Of a stretch of DNA of 36,459 bases, positions 9,058 through 17,438 are shown piece by piece. The stretch comes from Spirochaetales bacterium. GTDB taxonomy: Bacteria; Spirochaetota; Spirochaetia; DSM-27196; PWMO01. Below the pieces are notes generated by a model. That model saw only the letters and a list, made by a program, of their open reading frames with translations, was not told the origin of the DNA and searched no databases. Where the stretch lies: assembly GCA_007123465.1 (NCBI GenBank), contig SKLB01000329.1, positions 1-36,459 on the forward strand, read 5' to 3'. Each line of letters begins with the position of its first letter. The stretch's first letter is position 1. The translations under genes and the position numbers were made by a program.

Positions 9058-9776
9058 CGCTTGATTTCTCCTGTCGGTTGATCGCCGCTACTGGTGTGGT
9101 CAAGGAACAGCAACGTAATCTCAATCCGGCGTTTGATGAACAGAAATCCACCCTCGGCGTTAATCGATGCTCGACTGGTGTGCCAGCCGATCGAGTTGTG
9201 CGCAAAGTGCTGTTCGACCTGTAGCTCATGCACAAAACGCGGCAGCGGTCTGATGGTTGCCGTCAGTCGCAGCGGGGTGCCGTCCTGGGGGTCCAGCCAC
9301 GCGGTTCCGGTCACGCTGCGCTGATCGAGTTCAAGGGTGTAGTGGTACTTCGGTTCGGTTCCCGCGCGGGTAACGCTGATCGCGGGTTGCAGATCGGGAT
9401 CAAAGGGGCTGTTTTGCAGCACGGCCATGGCCGCAGCACGGCCCTCGTTGGAGGGATCGGCGGAATCTGGTGTTGCCGCGTCACTGGCCGAGGTGATCGC
9501 GTCGTTGGGCGGCAACTCGCGGCCGTCTTCGCGTAGCCAGACCAGACGCGATTGTGCTATTCCGCGAGCATCGGATGTCACCTGTATTTCGGTCTGCCTG
9601 CTGAAGCGGCGATTGCCGCGAGCGTCGTACTCCGCGCTGTTGGTCTGGATCCGCGTGGCGTAGACATTGCGGTTCTGAGCATAGAGTTCCACCGCAGCCT
9701 GCCACAGCGCATCGGCGGTCAGATCGGAAACAAATAGACAAGTAAGCAGTACCGAGGTAATCAGAAAGCGCTTCAC
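9054..9776 (-). CDS. Hypothetical exported protein (signal peptide, beta-rich)
   Basis: GTG 9776 after GGAG gives a signal-like N-terminus MKRFLITSVLLTCLFVSDLTA; the stop overlaps the aroK start. Confidence 0.7.
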   Translation of the reverse strand: MKRFLITSVLLTCLFVSDLTADALWQAAVELYAQNRNVYATRIQTNSAEYDARGNRRFSRQTEIQVTSDARGIAQSRLVWLREDGRELPPNDAITSASDAATPDSADPSNEGRAAAMAVLQNSPFDPDLQPAISVTRAGTEPKYHYTLELDQRSVTGTAWLDPQDGTPLRLTATIRPLPRFVHELQVEQHFAHNSIGWHTSRASINAEGGFLFIKRRIEITLLFLDHTSSGDQPTGEIKR

Positions 9777-9822
9777 TGATGAATTCTCCGCCCAAAGCCG
9801 ATTCGGGTCACTGCGATCCGGG

Positions 9823-11910
9823 TTATTGCGCTGCAAACAATGCGATCTGTTCCAGCGGGGCCGGGCGGGCGATCTCGTAGCCTTGAACATAATCCACGCC
9901 GATCTCGGCCAGCTGCTGTCTGACCGAATTAGAGGTCACAAATTCGGCAATTGTCTTCATACCCATGACGTGCCCGATGTTGTTGATTGCCTCCACCATC
10001 GCGAGGCTTATGGGGTCGGTATCAACGTCGCGTACAAAGGAACCATCGATCTTGAGATAGTCTACCGGCAGGTTCTTCAGGTAGGCAAACGATGTAAACC
10101 CGTTGCCAAAGTCATCGAGGGCAAACGAGACACCAATCTTGCGCAGACGGTTCATGAAGCCGACCGCGCGCGAAAGACTCTCGATGGCGGTGGTCTCGGT
10201 AACCTCAAAGCAGAACAGAGCGGGATCGACATCGGCGTCGCGGAATGCTCGCGTCACAAAATCCAGAAACGCTTCGTCTTTGACCGACGCGCCCGATATG
10301 TTGATGGCCAGCAGTGCCGAGTCGTGTTGCAGCGGCAGCGGACCCGCGGAGCGCAGATGGCGCAGCACGGAGTTGATCACCCAACGGTCAACAGACGGCA
10401 TCAGGTTGTAGCGCTCGGCAGCCGGTATGAAATCACCCGGGCTCACCATCGAGCCGTCGTCATCGATCAGGCGGATCAGGATCTCCTGTTTCAGTCCCAG
10501 GTTGCTCGCCAGCGGATGGATCGGCTGGGCGTAGAGCACAAAGCGGTCTTCTTCCAGTGCGCGGGTCAGACGGCTGATCCACTGCATTTCGCCGCGGCGC
10601 TTGAGAAACGTGTAATCGGCGGTTTCGTAGACCTTGACTGCGTTGCCGCCCTCTTCTTTGGCCAGGTAGCAGGCGTCGTCAGCGGCAGCAAGTACGGTAT
10701 AGATATCACTGTTGTGCGATGAAACCGGCACAACACCGATACTGGCGGTGATCTGGAACGTATTGTGCTGCCAGATGAACTTACGGTTGAGCACCTCACG
10801 CAGCTGGTAGGCAATCTGTTGTGCCTGTTGCAGGTCGGTGTCAACCAGCACCACTCCGTACTCATCACCGCCGAGGCGCCCTATGTAGTGGTCGCGGTGC
10901 ACGTTCTCCAGCAGAGCCCCCCCAATCTGGCGCAAAAGCTCGTCCCCGGCCAGGTGCCCACAGACGTCGTTGACCACCTTGAACTGATCCAGGTCAACGT
11001 AAATGAACACGTGATGGCGACCATCGTCGCGGCTGGTGCGGATTGTCTCTTCCAGGTGAGCAAAAAACTCGTCGCGATTGATAAGGCCGGTCAGAATATC
11101 GTGGCTCGCCTGATAGACAATGATGTCGGACATCTTCTTCAGATCGGTGACATCACGGAAAGCTATCGTACGGCCGTCAAAGTGATGCCGCGGGTGATTT
11201 CCGGGGCCGCGGATTGACGCGATAGTGCCGTCTACCTGGATACGCGCGCCCTGCTTGTTGTGCAGGTAGGCATCATCAAGGAAGACGGCGTTGTCGCTGT
11301 CATGGCTGCCGGTCGAAGAGGGCAGCTGAATCCGCAGTCCCGAATGCAGGTCAAAAATTTGAAAGATGTCGGCCAGCGCCAGGCCCTTGGCGTCCTTCTC
11401 GGTCCAGCCGGTGAGGCTTTCAGCAACTGGATTCATGAACTGGATGGTATCTTCACTGTCGCTGGCGATGATGGCGTCGGCAACGCTATTCAGGATCGAG
11501 GAGAGCCAACGCTCGTGGCGCCGAACTTCCATGTGCAGACGGCTCTTGTGCAGCGCCATGTCGATTGTGGTGTAGAGCTCGCGCTCCTTAAACGGCTTGA
11601 GCAAATAACCGAAGGGCTCAGCGGCTTTGGCGCGTTCGAGGGTGCGTTCATCGGCGTAGGCGGTCAGGAAAATCACCGGTATCCCCGACGAGTCGCGAAT
11701 AGTCTGGGCTGCGTCTATGCCATCCCCGTCTCCGGACAGCATGATATCCATCAGGATGATGTCGGGGTGCAATTCACCGGCGCGCTCGATGGCTTCAGCC
11801 GCGGTCAACGCAATAGCCGCCACGCGATAGCCGTAGTTCTCGAGCCGTCGCTGCAGGTCGATGGCGATTATGCGCTCATCCTCGACAATCAGTATCCGTT
11901 CGCCGCTCAT
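9823..11910 (-). CDS. Response-regulated diguanylate cyclase/phosphodiesterase (REC-PAS-GGDEF-EAL)
   Basis: REC (ILIVEDE, ILMDI, KPF); PAS (MNPVAESLTGW); GGDEF domain (DLDQFKVVND, GRLGGDEY); EAL domain (EILIRL, FEVTE, ALDDFG, KIDGSF, VQGY). Confidence 0.95.
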   Translation of the reverse strand: MSGERILIVEDERIIAIDLQRRLENYGYRVAAIALTAAEAIERAGELHPDIILMDIMLSGDGDGIDAAQTIRDSSGIPVIFLTAYADERTLERAKAAEPFGYLLKPFKERELYTTIDMALHKSRLHMEVRRHERWLSSILNSVADAIIASDSEDTIQFMNPVAESLTGWTEKDAKGLALADIFQIFDLHSGLRIQLPSSTGSHDSDNAVFLDDAYLHNKQGARIQVDGTIASIRGPGNHPRHHFDGRTIAFRDVTDLKKMSDIIVYQASHDILTGLINRDEFFAHLEETIRTSRDDGRHHVFIYVDLDQFKVVNDVCGHLAGDELLRQIGGALLENVHRDHYIGRLGGDEYGVVLVDTDLQQAQQIAYQLREVLNRKFIWQHNTFQITASIGVVPVSSHNSDIYTVLAAADDACYLAKEEGGNAVKVYETADYTFLKRRGEMQWISRLTRALEEDRFVLYAQPIHPLASNLGLKQEILIRLIDDDGSMVSPGDFIPAAERYNLMPSVDRWVINSVLRHLRSAGPLPLQHDSALLAINISGASVKDEAFLDFVTRAFRDADVDPALFCFEVTETTAIESLSRAVGFMNRLRKIGVSFALDDFGNGFTSFAYLKNLPVDYLKIDGSFVRDVDTDPISLAMVEAINNIGHVMGMKTIAEFVTSNSVRQQLAEIGVDYVQGYEIARPAPLEQIALFAAQ

Positions 11911-11979
11911 TCTCCCACCGAAAGACTGGATCGTATGTAAGATACCGAGAGACTAACGTTTCAATAGGAGAAAGTAAAG

Positions 11980-12444
11980 CTACAGTTTGAGAACTCTCTT
12001 CAATTGTAGCGGCTCGATGCGAAACGGTGCTCCCTTACCCTGCATGAAGTGGTACTTCTCGAACAGGTGCAGGCCGAGCTCGGAGTAGAGAATCTTCTCG
12101 CCGCTGGGCTCTGCGCCGGAAGTCAGCTGCACCTCGGCGTTGACTTTGCGGAATATCCCGTCTTCGAACGGGGACGGCAGAAAGCCGCGCGCCTCGCTGA
12201 CACGTACAATCCACTGGTTGTCCACGGTGACAGGTTCCTCCAACCCCTTGCGGCCCTCGGCCATCAGGTGCCGCATGCGCGCTGCCGCCTGTTCAAAACC
12301 AACACCAATGGCCTCCATTTCGGCTTCATCGTCGGCAATGATGTCAACGATCGGGCGCGTATCGTCGCCGAGGAACCCGTCCGCGGTGATCTCGCCGGGC
12401 TGCATATTGGCCTGCGCTTTGGTGAATTCCGGGGACATCTTCAT
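11980..12444 (-). CDS. Soluble hypothetical protein, last gene of the nqr-like operon
   Basis: ATG 12444 with GAGG SD, 13 nt after the nqrF-like stop; 154 aa; no family motif I can name. Confidence 0.75.
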   Translation of the reverse strand: MKMSPEFTKAQANMQPGEITADGFLGDDTRPIVDIIADDEAEMEAIGVGFEQAAARMRHLMAEGRKGLEEPVTVDNQWIVRVSEARGFLPSPFEDGIFRKVNAEVQLTSGAEPSGEKILYSELGLHLFEKYHFMQGKGAPFRIEPLQLKRVLKL

Positions 12445-12457
12445 AACGGCACCTCGT

Positions 12458-13582
12458 TTAGGCAAACTTGTCGAAATAGATCTTATCGTCACTCATATCG
12501 TTTGAGCGCATTACATCCATACACGCATCCAACATACCCGGACTGCCGCACAGGTAGCCCTCTTTTGGTGCGTCGGCGGAAATCTTGCTCTTGAGGTACT
12601 TGTCCAGCACATCGGTGATCAGACCAGTTTCTCCTTGCCAATCGTCCTCGGGTTGGGGCTCGGAAAGTGCTGCTACAAAGTGAAAGCGTTCGTGTTCGTC
12701 CTGAAATTTCTGCATTTCTTCCAGGTAGAACAGGTCCTTCTTGGTACGCGCGCCAAAGAAATACCAGATATCACGCTCTTCCATCTTGTCCTTCTCGACA
12801 AAGTCGTAGAAGATCGACTTGAACGGCGCCATGCCCGATCCGCCGGCCACACAGATCATTGTAGCATCGGTGTCGCGAACGTAGAACTCGCCGAACGGCG
12901 CGATGATCTTCATCTTCTCGCCCTCTTTGAGGTGCTCGTGGACGTAGGTGGTAACGATGCCGCCGGGTACCAGACGGACCAGAAATTCAACATGGTTGTT
13001 GTCACTGGGTTTGGATGACATGGAGTAGGCGCGCTGCGTGCGTTCTTTGACCTTGGCGTACGGCGGAGTCTCAATCTGGCCGTACTGGCCGGCACGGAAG
13101 TCCACCGTCTGTCCCTCATCGAGCTTGAAGTAAACTTCCTTGATATCATGGGTGACATCGCGGATTCTCTCGACGGTTCCGGTGTACTGCTTGATCTTGA
13201 ACAGGTATTCGGGGATCTGGATATCAACGTCGCCCTTGATCTTCACCTGGCACGAGAGGCGTACGTTGTCATCAATCTGTTCTCTGGTGAGGTAGGGAAT
13301 TTCGGTCGGCAGATGCGGACCAATGTCGGACTCTACCTTGACCTTGCATTCACCGCAGCTGCCGCGGCCGCCGCACGCCGAGGGAATGAAGATCTGGTTC
13401 TCCGCCAGGGTTACCAGCATGTTGGCGCCGCCGGTAACGTCCAGTTTCTTGGAGCCGTCATTGACGTTGATCACGGCTTCGCCGTAGTTGTTGACAATCT
13501 TGTCGGTGACCGAGACCAGCGCGGCGAACGCTGCACTGAGGCTTGCAATTGCCATTGGGGCGATCAGAAACGCTAAGTCCAA
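12458..13582 (-). CDS. nqrF: NqrF-like membrane-anchored 2Fe-2S / FAD / NAD(H) oxidoreductase
   Basis: N-terminal TM, SACGGRGSCGECK...RLSCQV, RAYSMSS, AGGSGMAPF and YLCGSPGM; TTG start after AAAGGAG. Confidence 0.85.
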   Translation of the reverse strand: MDLAFLIAPMAIASLSAAFAALVSVTDKIVNNYGEAVINVNDGSKKLDVTGGANMLVTLAENQIFIPSACGGRGSCGECKVKVESDIGPHLPTEIPYLTREQIDDNVRLSCQVKIKGDVDIQIPEYLFKIKQYTGTVERIRDVTHDIKEVYFKLDEGQTVDFRAGQYGQIETPPYAKVKERTQRAYSMSSKPSDNNHVEFLVRLVPGGIVTTYVHEHLKEGEKMKIIAPFGEFYVRDTDATMICVAGGSGMAPFKSIFYDFVEKDKMEERDIWYFFGARTKKDLFYLEEMQKFQDEHERFHFVAALSEPQPEDDWQGETGLITDVLDKYLKSKISADAPKEGYLCGSPGMLDACMDVMRSNDMSDDKIYFDKFA

Positions 13583-13609
13583 TGTATTACTCCTTTCCTG
13601 TACGTCTGC

Positions 13610-14203
13610 TTATTGGACCTGAAGCAGGCCGGTGAAGCCGATAAACGCCATTGCCATAAACCCGATGGTGATAAAGGTCAGCCCGGCGCCCTGCAGACCG
13701 GCGGACACCTTGGACTTCTCGGTCTTCTTGCGGATAGCCGCCAGAGCCATGATCGCCAGCCACCACCCGAGCCCGGAACCCAAGCCGAAGACGGCAGACT
13801 GCAGGAAGCTGTACTGCCGGATCTCCATGAACAGTGAAACACCGAGAATGGCGCAGTTGACGGTGATCAACGGCAGGAAGATTCCCAGGTTCAGATAGAG
13901 GGTCTGCGAAACGCGGTCGATGATCATCTCCAGCATCTGCACCACCGAGGCGATCACGATGATAAAAATGATGAATCGCAGATAGACCAGATCCAGTGGA
14001 ATCAGAACGTAGTTCAGTACAACCCAGTTGATCGACGCCGTGAAGGTGAGTACCACCACCACTGCCATGCCGAGTCCGTTGGAAGAATTGATATCTTTGG
14101 AAATCGCAATAAAGGAACACATCCCCAGAAAGTTAGCCAGCAGGATGTTACTGGTGAAGATCGACGCAAAAAAGAGCGAAAACATCGGGATATCGGGTGC
14201 CAT
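13610..14203 (-). CDS. nqrE: NqrE/RnfA family membrane subunit
   Basis: FLGMCSFIAIS and LGIFLPLITVNCAILG, with both Cys ligands present. Confidence 0.9.
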   Translation of the reverse strand: MAPDIPMFSLFFASIFTSNILLANFLGMCSFIAISKDINSSNGLGMAVVVVLTFTASINWVVLNYVLIPLDLVYLRFIIFIIVIASVVQMLEMIIDRVSQTLYLNLGIFLPLITVNCAILGVSLFMEIRQYSFLQSAVFGLGSGLGWWLAIMALAAIRKKTEKSKVSAGLQGAGLTFITIGFMAMAFIGFTGLLQVQ

Positions 14204-14206
14204 ATC

Positions 14207-14836
14207 TTACTCTCCTTCCAGGACGGGCTCGCCTTGACGATGCATCAGGTACTTGCCGCCCCAGGTGATGACACCGATCAGGAAGAACGCGCTCGGGGGC
14301 ATCACCATGATGATCCAGGGCTCAAATCCTGCCGGCAGGACCTGGAAGCCGAACAGCGCGCCAAAGCCGAGCAGTTCGCGTACGAGCGCGATTGACAGCA
14401 GCACTCCCATGTATCCCATGCCCGAAGTGATACCGTCCCACAGTGACAGCAGCGGCGGATTACTCTGGGCAAACGCCTCGGCGCGGCCCATGATGATGCA
14501 GTTGGTGATGATCAGTCCAACGTAGGGACCGAGGTTGCGGCTGATCTCGGGCAGATAGGCGCGCAACACGATGTCAACAATAATCACGTAGAACGCGATG
14601 ATCAGAGTTTGCACCACCATGCGCACCTTACGCGGGATCAGGCTCTTGATTATGGCAACGGTGAGATTGGACATCCCGGTTACAAAAACAACCCCGAGCG
14701 TCATGATCATGGTGTTGGAGAGCAGATTGGTGACTGCAAGCGCCGAGCAGATACCGAGAATCTGCATGAAGATCGGATTTGCGGTCCACATGTTCTGCTT
14801 GAGAATCTGTCCGGGTTGTTTTGCGCTATCGCTCAT
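14207..14836 (-). CDS. nqrD: NqrD/RnfE family membrane subunit
   Basis: NPIFMQILGICSALAVT and YVGLIITNCIIMGRAEAFA. Confidence 0.9.
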   Translation of the reverse strand: MSDSAKQPGQILKQNMWTANPIFMQILGICSALAVTNLLSNTMIMTLGVVFVTGMSNLTVAIIKSLIPRKVRMVVQTLIIAFYVIIVDIVLRAYLPEISRNLGPYVGLIITNCIIMGRAEAFAQSNPPLLSLWDGITSGMGYMGVLLSIALVRELLGFGALFGFQVLPAGFEPWIIMVMPPSAFFLIGVITWGGKYLMHRQGEPVLEGE

Positions 14837-15432
14837 GCCTCACCTCTCAGCGCGTCTCGCAGACGTTCAAACTCACGGTTCAGAATTGTCTCTATGGCAT
14901 TGGATGTACCGGTTGCCCCGGTAATTGCGTTGATGCGGCCGTCGACCCCTTCGGTGTCTCCCTCACGGATGACATCGATCTTTCCGTCGTCAAGCGGTTT
15001 GTCACGGAACTGCCGCTTGAACTCCGGCTCATCCACGCGGCCTCCCAGTCCCGGAGTTTCGTTGTGATCGATGATTTCCAGTGCGACGGTACGGCTTACG
15101 TCCTCGTTTACGCCTACCACGCCGTTGATGGTGCCCCATAAACCGCTGCCGGCAAAAATTCTGGCGTAGAGCACCTCGTCGTCTCGGTCTATGCGGTAGA
15201 GCGTCATGCCGTTGCGCTCAACGGTTTCGATGTCATCGAACAGTTGCAGCACTTCCTGGTCGTCCTGGTAGTCAATGGCCAGCGCACTCAGTACCGACCG
15301 TTGCAGGCGCAACTGCTGGTTAAGCTGTACCTGTTCGCGGGTAGCCTGATGGGTCAGCGAGAGCAGGAAGACAAACGCAAAACAGACGATGAAAGAAAAA
15401 ACAACGGTATAGGGCAGACTCTGTTTGTTCAC
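14833..15432 (-). CDS. nqrC: NqrC/RnfG family FMN-binding subunit
   Basis: N-terminal TM, GSGLWG (NqrC-type), ETPGLG and ITGATGTS flavinylation motif. Confidence 0.88.
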   Translation of the reverse strand: MNKQSLPYTVVFSFIVCFAFVFLLSLTHQATREQVQLNQQLRLQRSVLSALAIDYQDDQEVLQLFDDIETVERNGMTLYRIDRDDEVLYARIFAGSGLWGTINGVVGVNEDVSRTVALEIIDHNETPGLGGRVDEPEFKRQFRDKPLDDGKIDVIREGDTEGVDGRINAITGATGTSNAIETILNREFERLRDALRGEA

Positions 15433-16403
15433 GCCGTTCCCCCCTTGGCGCCGGGTTGTTTCCCGGCCGGTGCATTCGGGTTGGCACTCTTTTTCTTGGT
15501 GGGCTTGGGGATTATCTCGTCCAGCAGCGAGGCAAAGACGTTACCCATCAGGATACCGAAGCTGGTGCCTTCGGGAAATTGGCCGAGGTTGCGGATGGTA
15601 ATGCTGATTGTGCCGATCAGCAGGCCGTAGACCCACTGGGCGCGCGGGTTGTTGGGCGCGCTGACCGGATCGGTGGACATGAAGACTGCCACAAACAGAA
15701 TGCTCCCCGAGAGCATGCCGTATTCTGGCGGATAGTTGGGCGTCAAGCCGCTGTAGTAGAACGCGATCATCAGAGCTCCGGCGCCCAGCAGGGTAGAGAC
15801 AATCAGACGCCACTGCGCGGTCTTGGTAGCCACCAGATATATTCCGGCCAGGATAATCAGCACCGCCGAGGTTTCACCCATCGAGCCGCCGGTGAAACCC
15901 AGCAGTATGTCGAGCAACTCCGGCCTGCTGCCGTTGGCCAGCATCGCCAGCGGGCTTGCCGCCGACAGCGCGTCTACGCCGGCCTCGCCGGCAGTACCAA
16001 ACGCTCCGGGAACCATGAATCCGTAGGCAAAAAGCGACGGGAAGCTGATCCATACAAAGATTCTGCCCGATATCGCGGGGTTGAAGATGTTGCGGCCAAA
16101 ACCGCCATAGACCTCTTTGCCGAAGAAAACACCAAAGACGATCCCGATTGCGGCTATCCACAGCGGAATTGCCGGCGGGACAATCAGAACAAAGAGCATA
16201 CAGGTAACCAGCACCGCTTCGCTGACCTTCTTGCCGCGCGATTTTTCCATCACATACTCGGTGAGTATGCCCAGGGTAAAAACCACCGCCGACAGGGCAA
16301 TCACTCTCCATCCGTACCTATAGAGGGAGAACAGATAAATCGGGATCAGCGAATAGACCACTCTGCGCATGATCGGCTGTTTAATAAACACGTCTTTTAA
16401 CAC
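15429..16403 (-). CDS. nqrB: NqrB/RnfD family membrane subunit (short form)
   Basis: KEVYGGFGRNIFNPA, GSMGETS, FMSTDPVSAP and FPEG; GTG start after GAGGGAGG. Confidence 0.88.
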   Translation of the reverse strand: MLKDVFIKQPIMRRVVYSLIPIYLFSLYRYGWRVIALSAVVFTLGILTEYVMEKSRGKKVSEAVLVTCMLFVLIVPPAIPLWIAAIGIVFGVFFGKEVYGGFGRNIFNPAISGRIFVWISFPSLFAYGFMVPGAFGTAGEAGVDALSAASPLAMLANGSRPELLDILLGFTGGSMGETSAVLIILAGIYLVATKTAQWRLIVSTLLGAGALMIAFYYSGLTPNYPPEYGMLSGSILFVAVFMSTDPVSAPNNPRAQWVYGLLIGTISITIRNLGQFPEGTSFGILMGNVFASLLDEIIPKPTKKKSANPNAPAGKQPGAKGGTA

Positions 16404-16423
16404 GGCGCCTCCCTCAAGACGAC

Positions 16424-16530
16424 TAAGTTTTATCTATATATAGTTACTTTATTATCCTATGCGGCATTATACTAAGTTGGCGTTCAAAAGTACAGTCTAA
16501 ACAGCGGTATCCGCGATTAATTCTTATAAT
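16424..16530. promoter_or_regulatory. AT-rich divergent control region between the nqr-like operon and the SDR gene
   Basis: Sharp drop in GC. Perfect TATAAT on the minus strand (16466-16471) and on the plus strand (16525-16530); palindrome CTATATATAG at 16434-16443. Confidence 0.55.
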
Positions 16531-16635
16531 AGAGGTCAGCTTTGCGCGCCCCGCGGGCGCTCCGCGCAACCTGACTGCCGGCGGCTTGAAAAATGGCGCC
16601 GAATCGGTACAGTAGAGCGCAGGAGTACAGCAGAT

Positions 16636-17370
16636 ATGATGCGGCGTACGATGCAGGGACGAGTGGTATTGGTCAGCGGCGCCAGCGGAGGAATCGGAGC
16701 TGCGATAGCTGCGGCGTTTGCCGCCAGAGGCGCATCGCTGATGCTCACCGGACGCTCACAGGAGCGCCTGGACGAGGTTGCAGAAGACCTGCGCCAGCGT
16801 TTTGCCTTGATGGTCAACACCGTGCGTGCCGATCTTGCCGACCCCGCTGCGCCGGCGCGGGTCATCGATGCGCTGCGTGCCGCGTACAACCGGCTCGACG
16901 TTCTGGTCAACAACGCCGGGGTGGCGTTGCCAGGGCCGTTGTGCCGGACCAGCGTCGAGCAGTGGGATCTTCATATGGCGGTCAACGCCCGCGCGCCGAT
17001 GCTGCTCAGCTCGCAGGCACTCGAGCTGCTGCAACACTCTGATGACGCTGTCATCGTCAATATCGGCTCGGTTGTGGCCCACAAGGGCTACGCAGGCCAG
17101 GGCGCCTACAGCGCTTCAAAACACGCGCTGCTCGGCCTGACCCGGGTGCTGGCCAAAGAGCTGCAGCAGCTCGGCGTGCGCGTCCACCTGGTCTCTCCTG
17201 GCGGCGTTGCGACCCCGATGATCAGCGAGATGCGCCCGGATATCGATGTTTCAGAACTCATGCAACCCGAAGACGTTGCCGAGGCGGTTGTATTTGTGGC
17301 GCTGGCGCGCGGTAACGCACTCGTAGACGAGATCGAACTGCGACGCCGCTCCAGTGAGCCGTGGAAATAA
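16636..17370 (+). CDS. Short-chain dehydrogenase/reductase (SDR)
   Basis: SGASGGIG, NNAG and YSASK; AGGAG upstream. Confidence 0.93.
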   Translation: MMRRTMQGRVVLVSGASGGIGAAIAAAFAARGASLMLTGRSQERLDEVAEDLRQRFALMVNTVRADLADPAAPARVIDALRAAYNRLDVLVNNAGVALPGPLCRTSVEQWDLHMAVNARAPMLLSSQALELLQHSDDAVIVNIGSVVAHKGYAGQGAYSASKHALLGLTRVLAKELQQLGVRVHLVSPGGVATPMISEMRPDIDVSELMQPEDVAEAVVFVALARGNALVDEIELRRRSSEPWK

Positions 17371-17420
17371 TGCCTGAGCCCCGGCGTTGTTCGCCAGGGT
17401 TCCCCAGCCCGGTACTATTC

Positions 17421-17429
17421 TGATAGAGT
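17421..17429 (+). promoter_or_regulatory. Possible extended -10 (TGaTAGAGT) for the AI-2E gene
   Basis: Lies 9 nt before ATG 17439; no SD. Confidence 0.35.
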
Positions 17430-17438
17430 CTACTTCAG

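Noticed and set aside
17376-17402. Hairpin after the SDR stop
   Set aside because: Imperfect stem with no U-tract; not supportable as a terminator.
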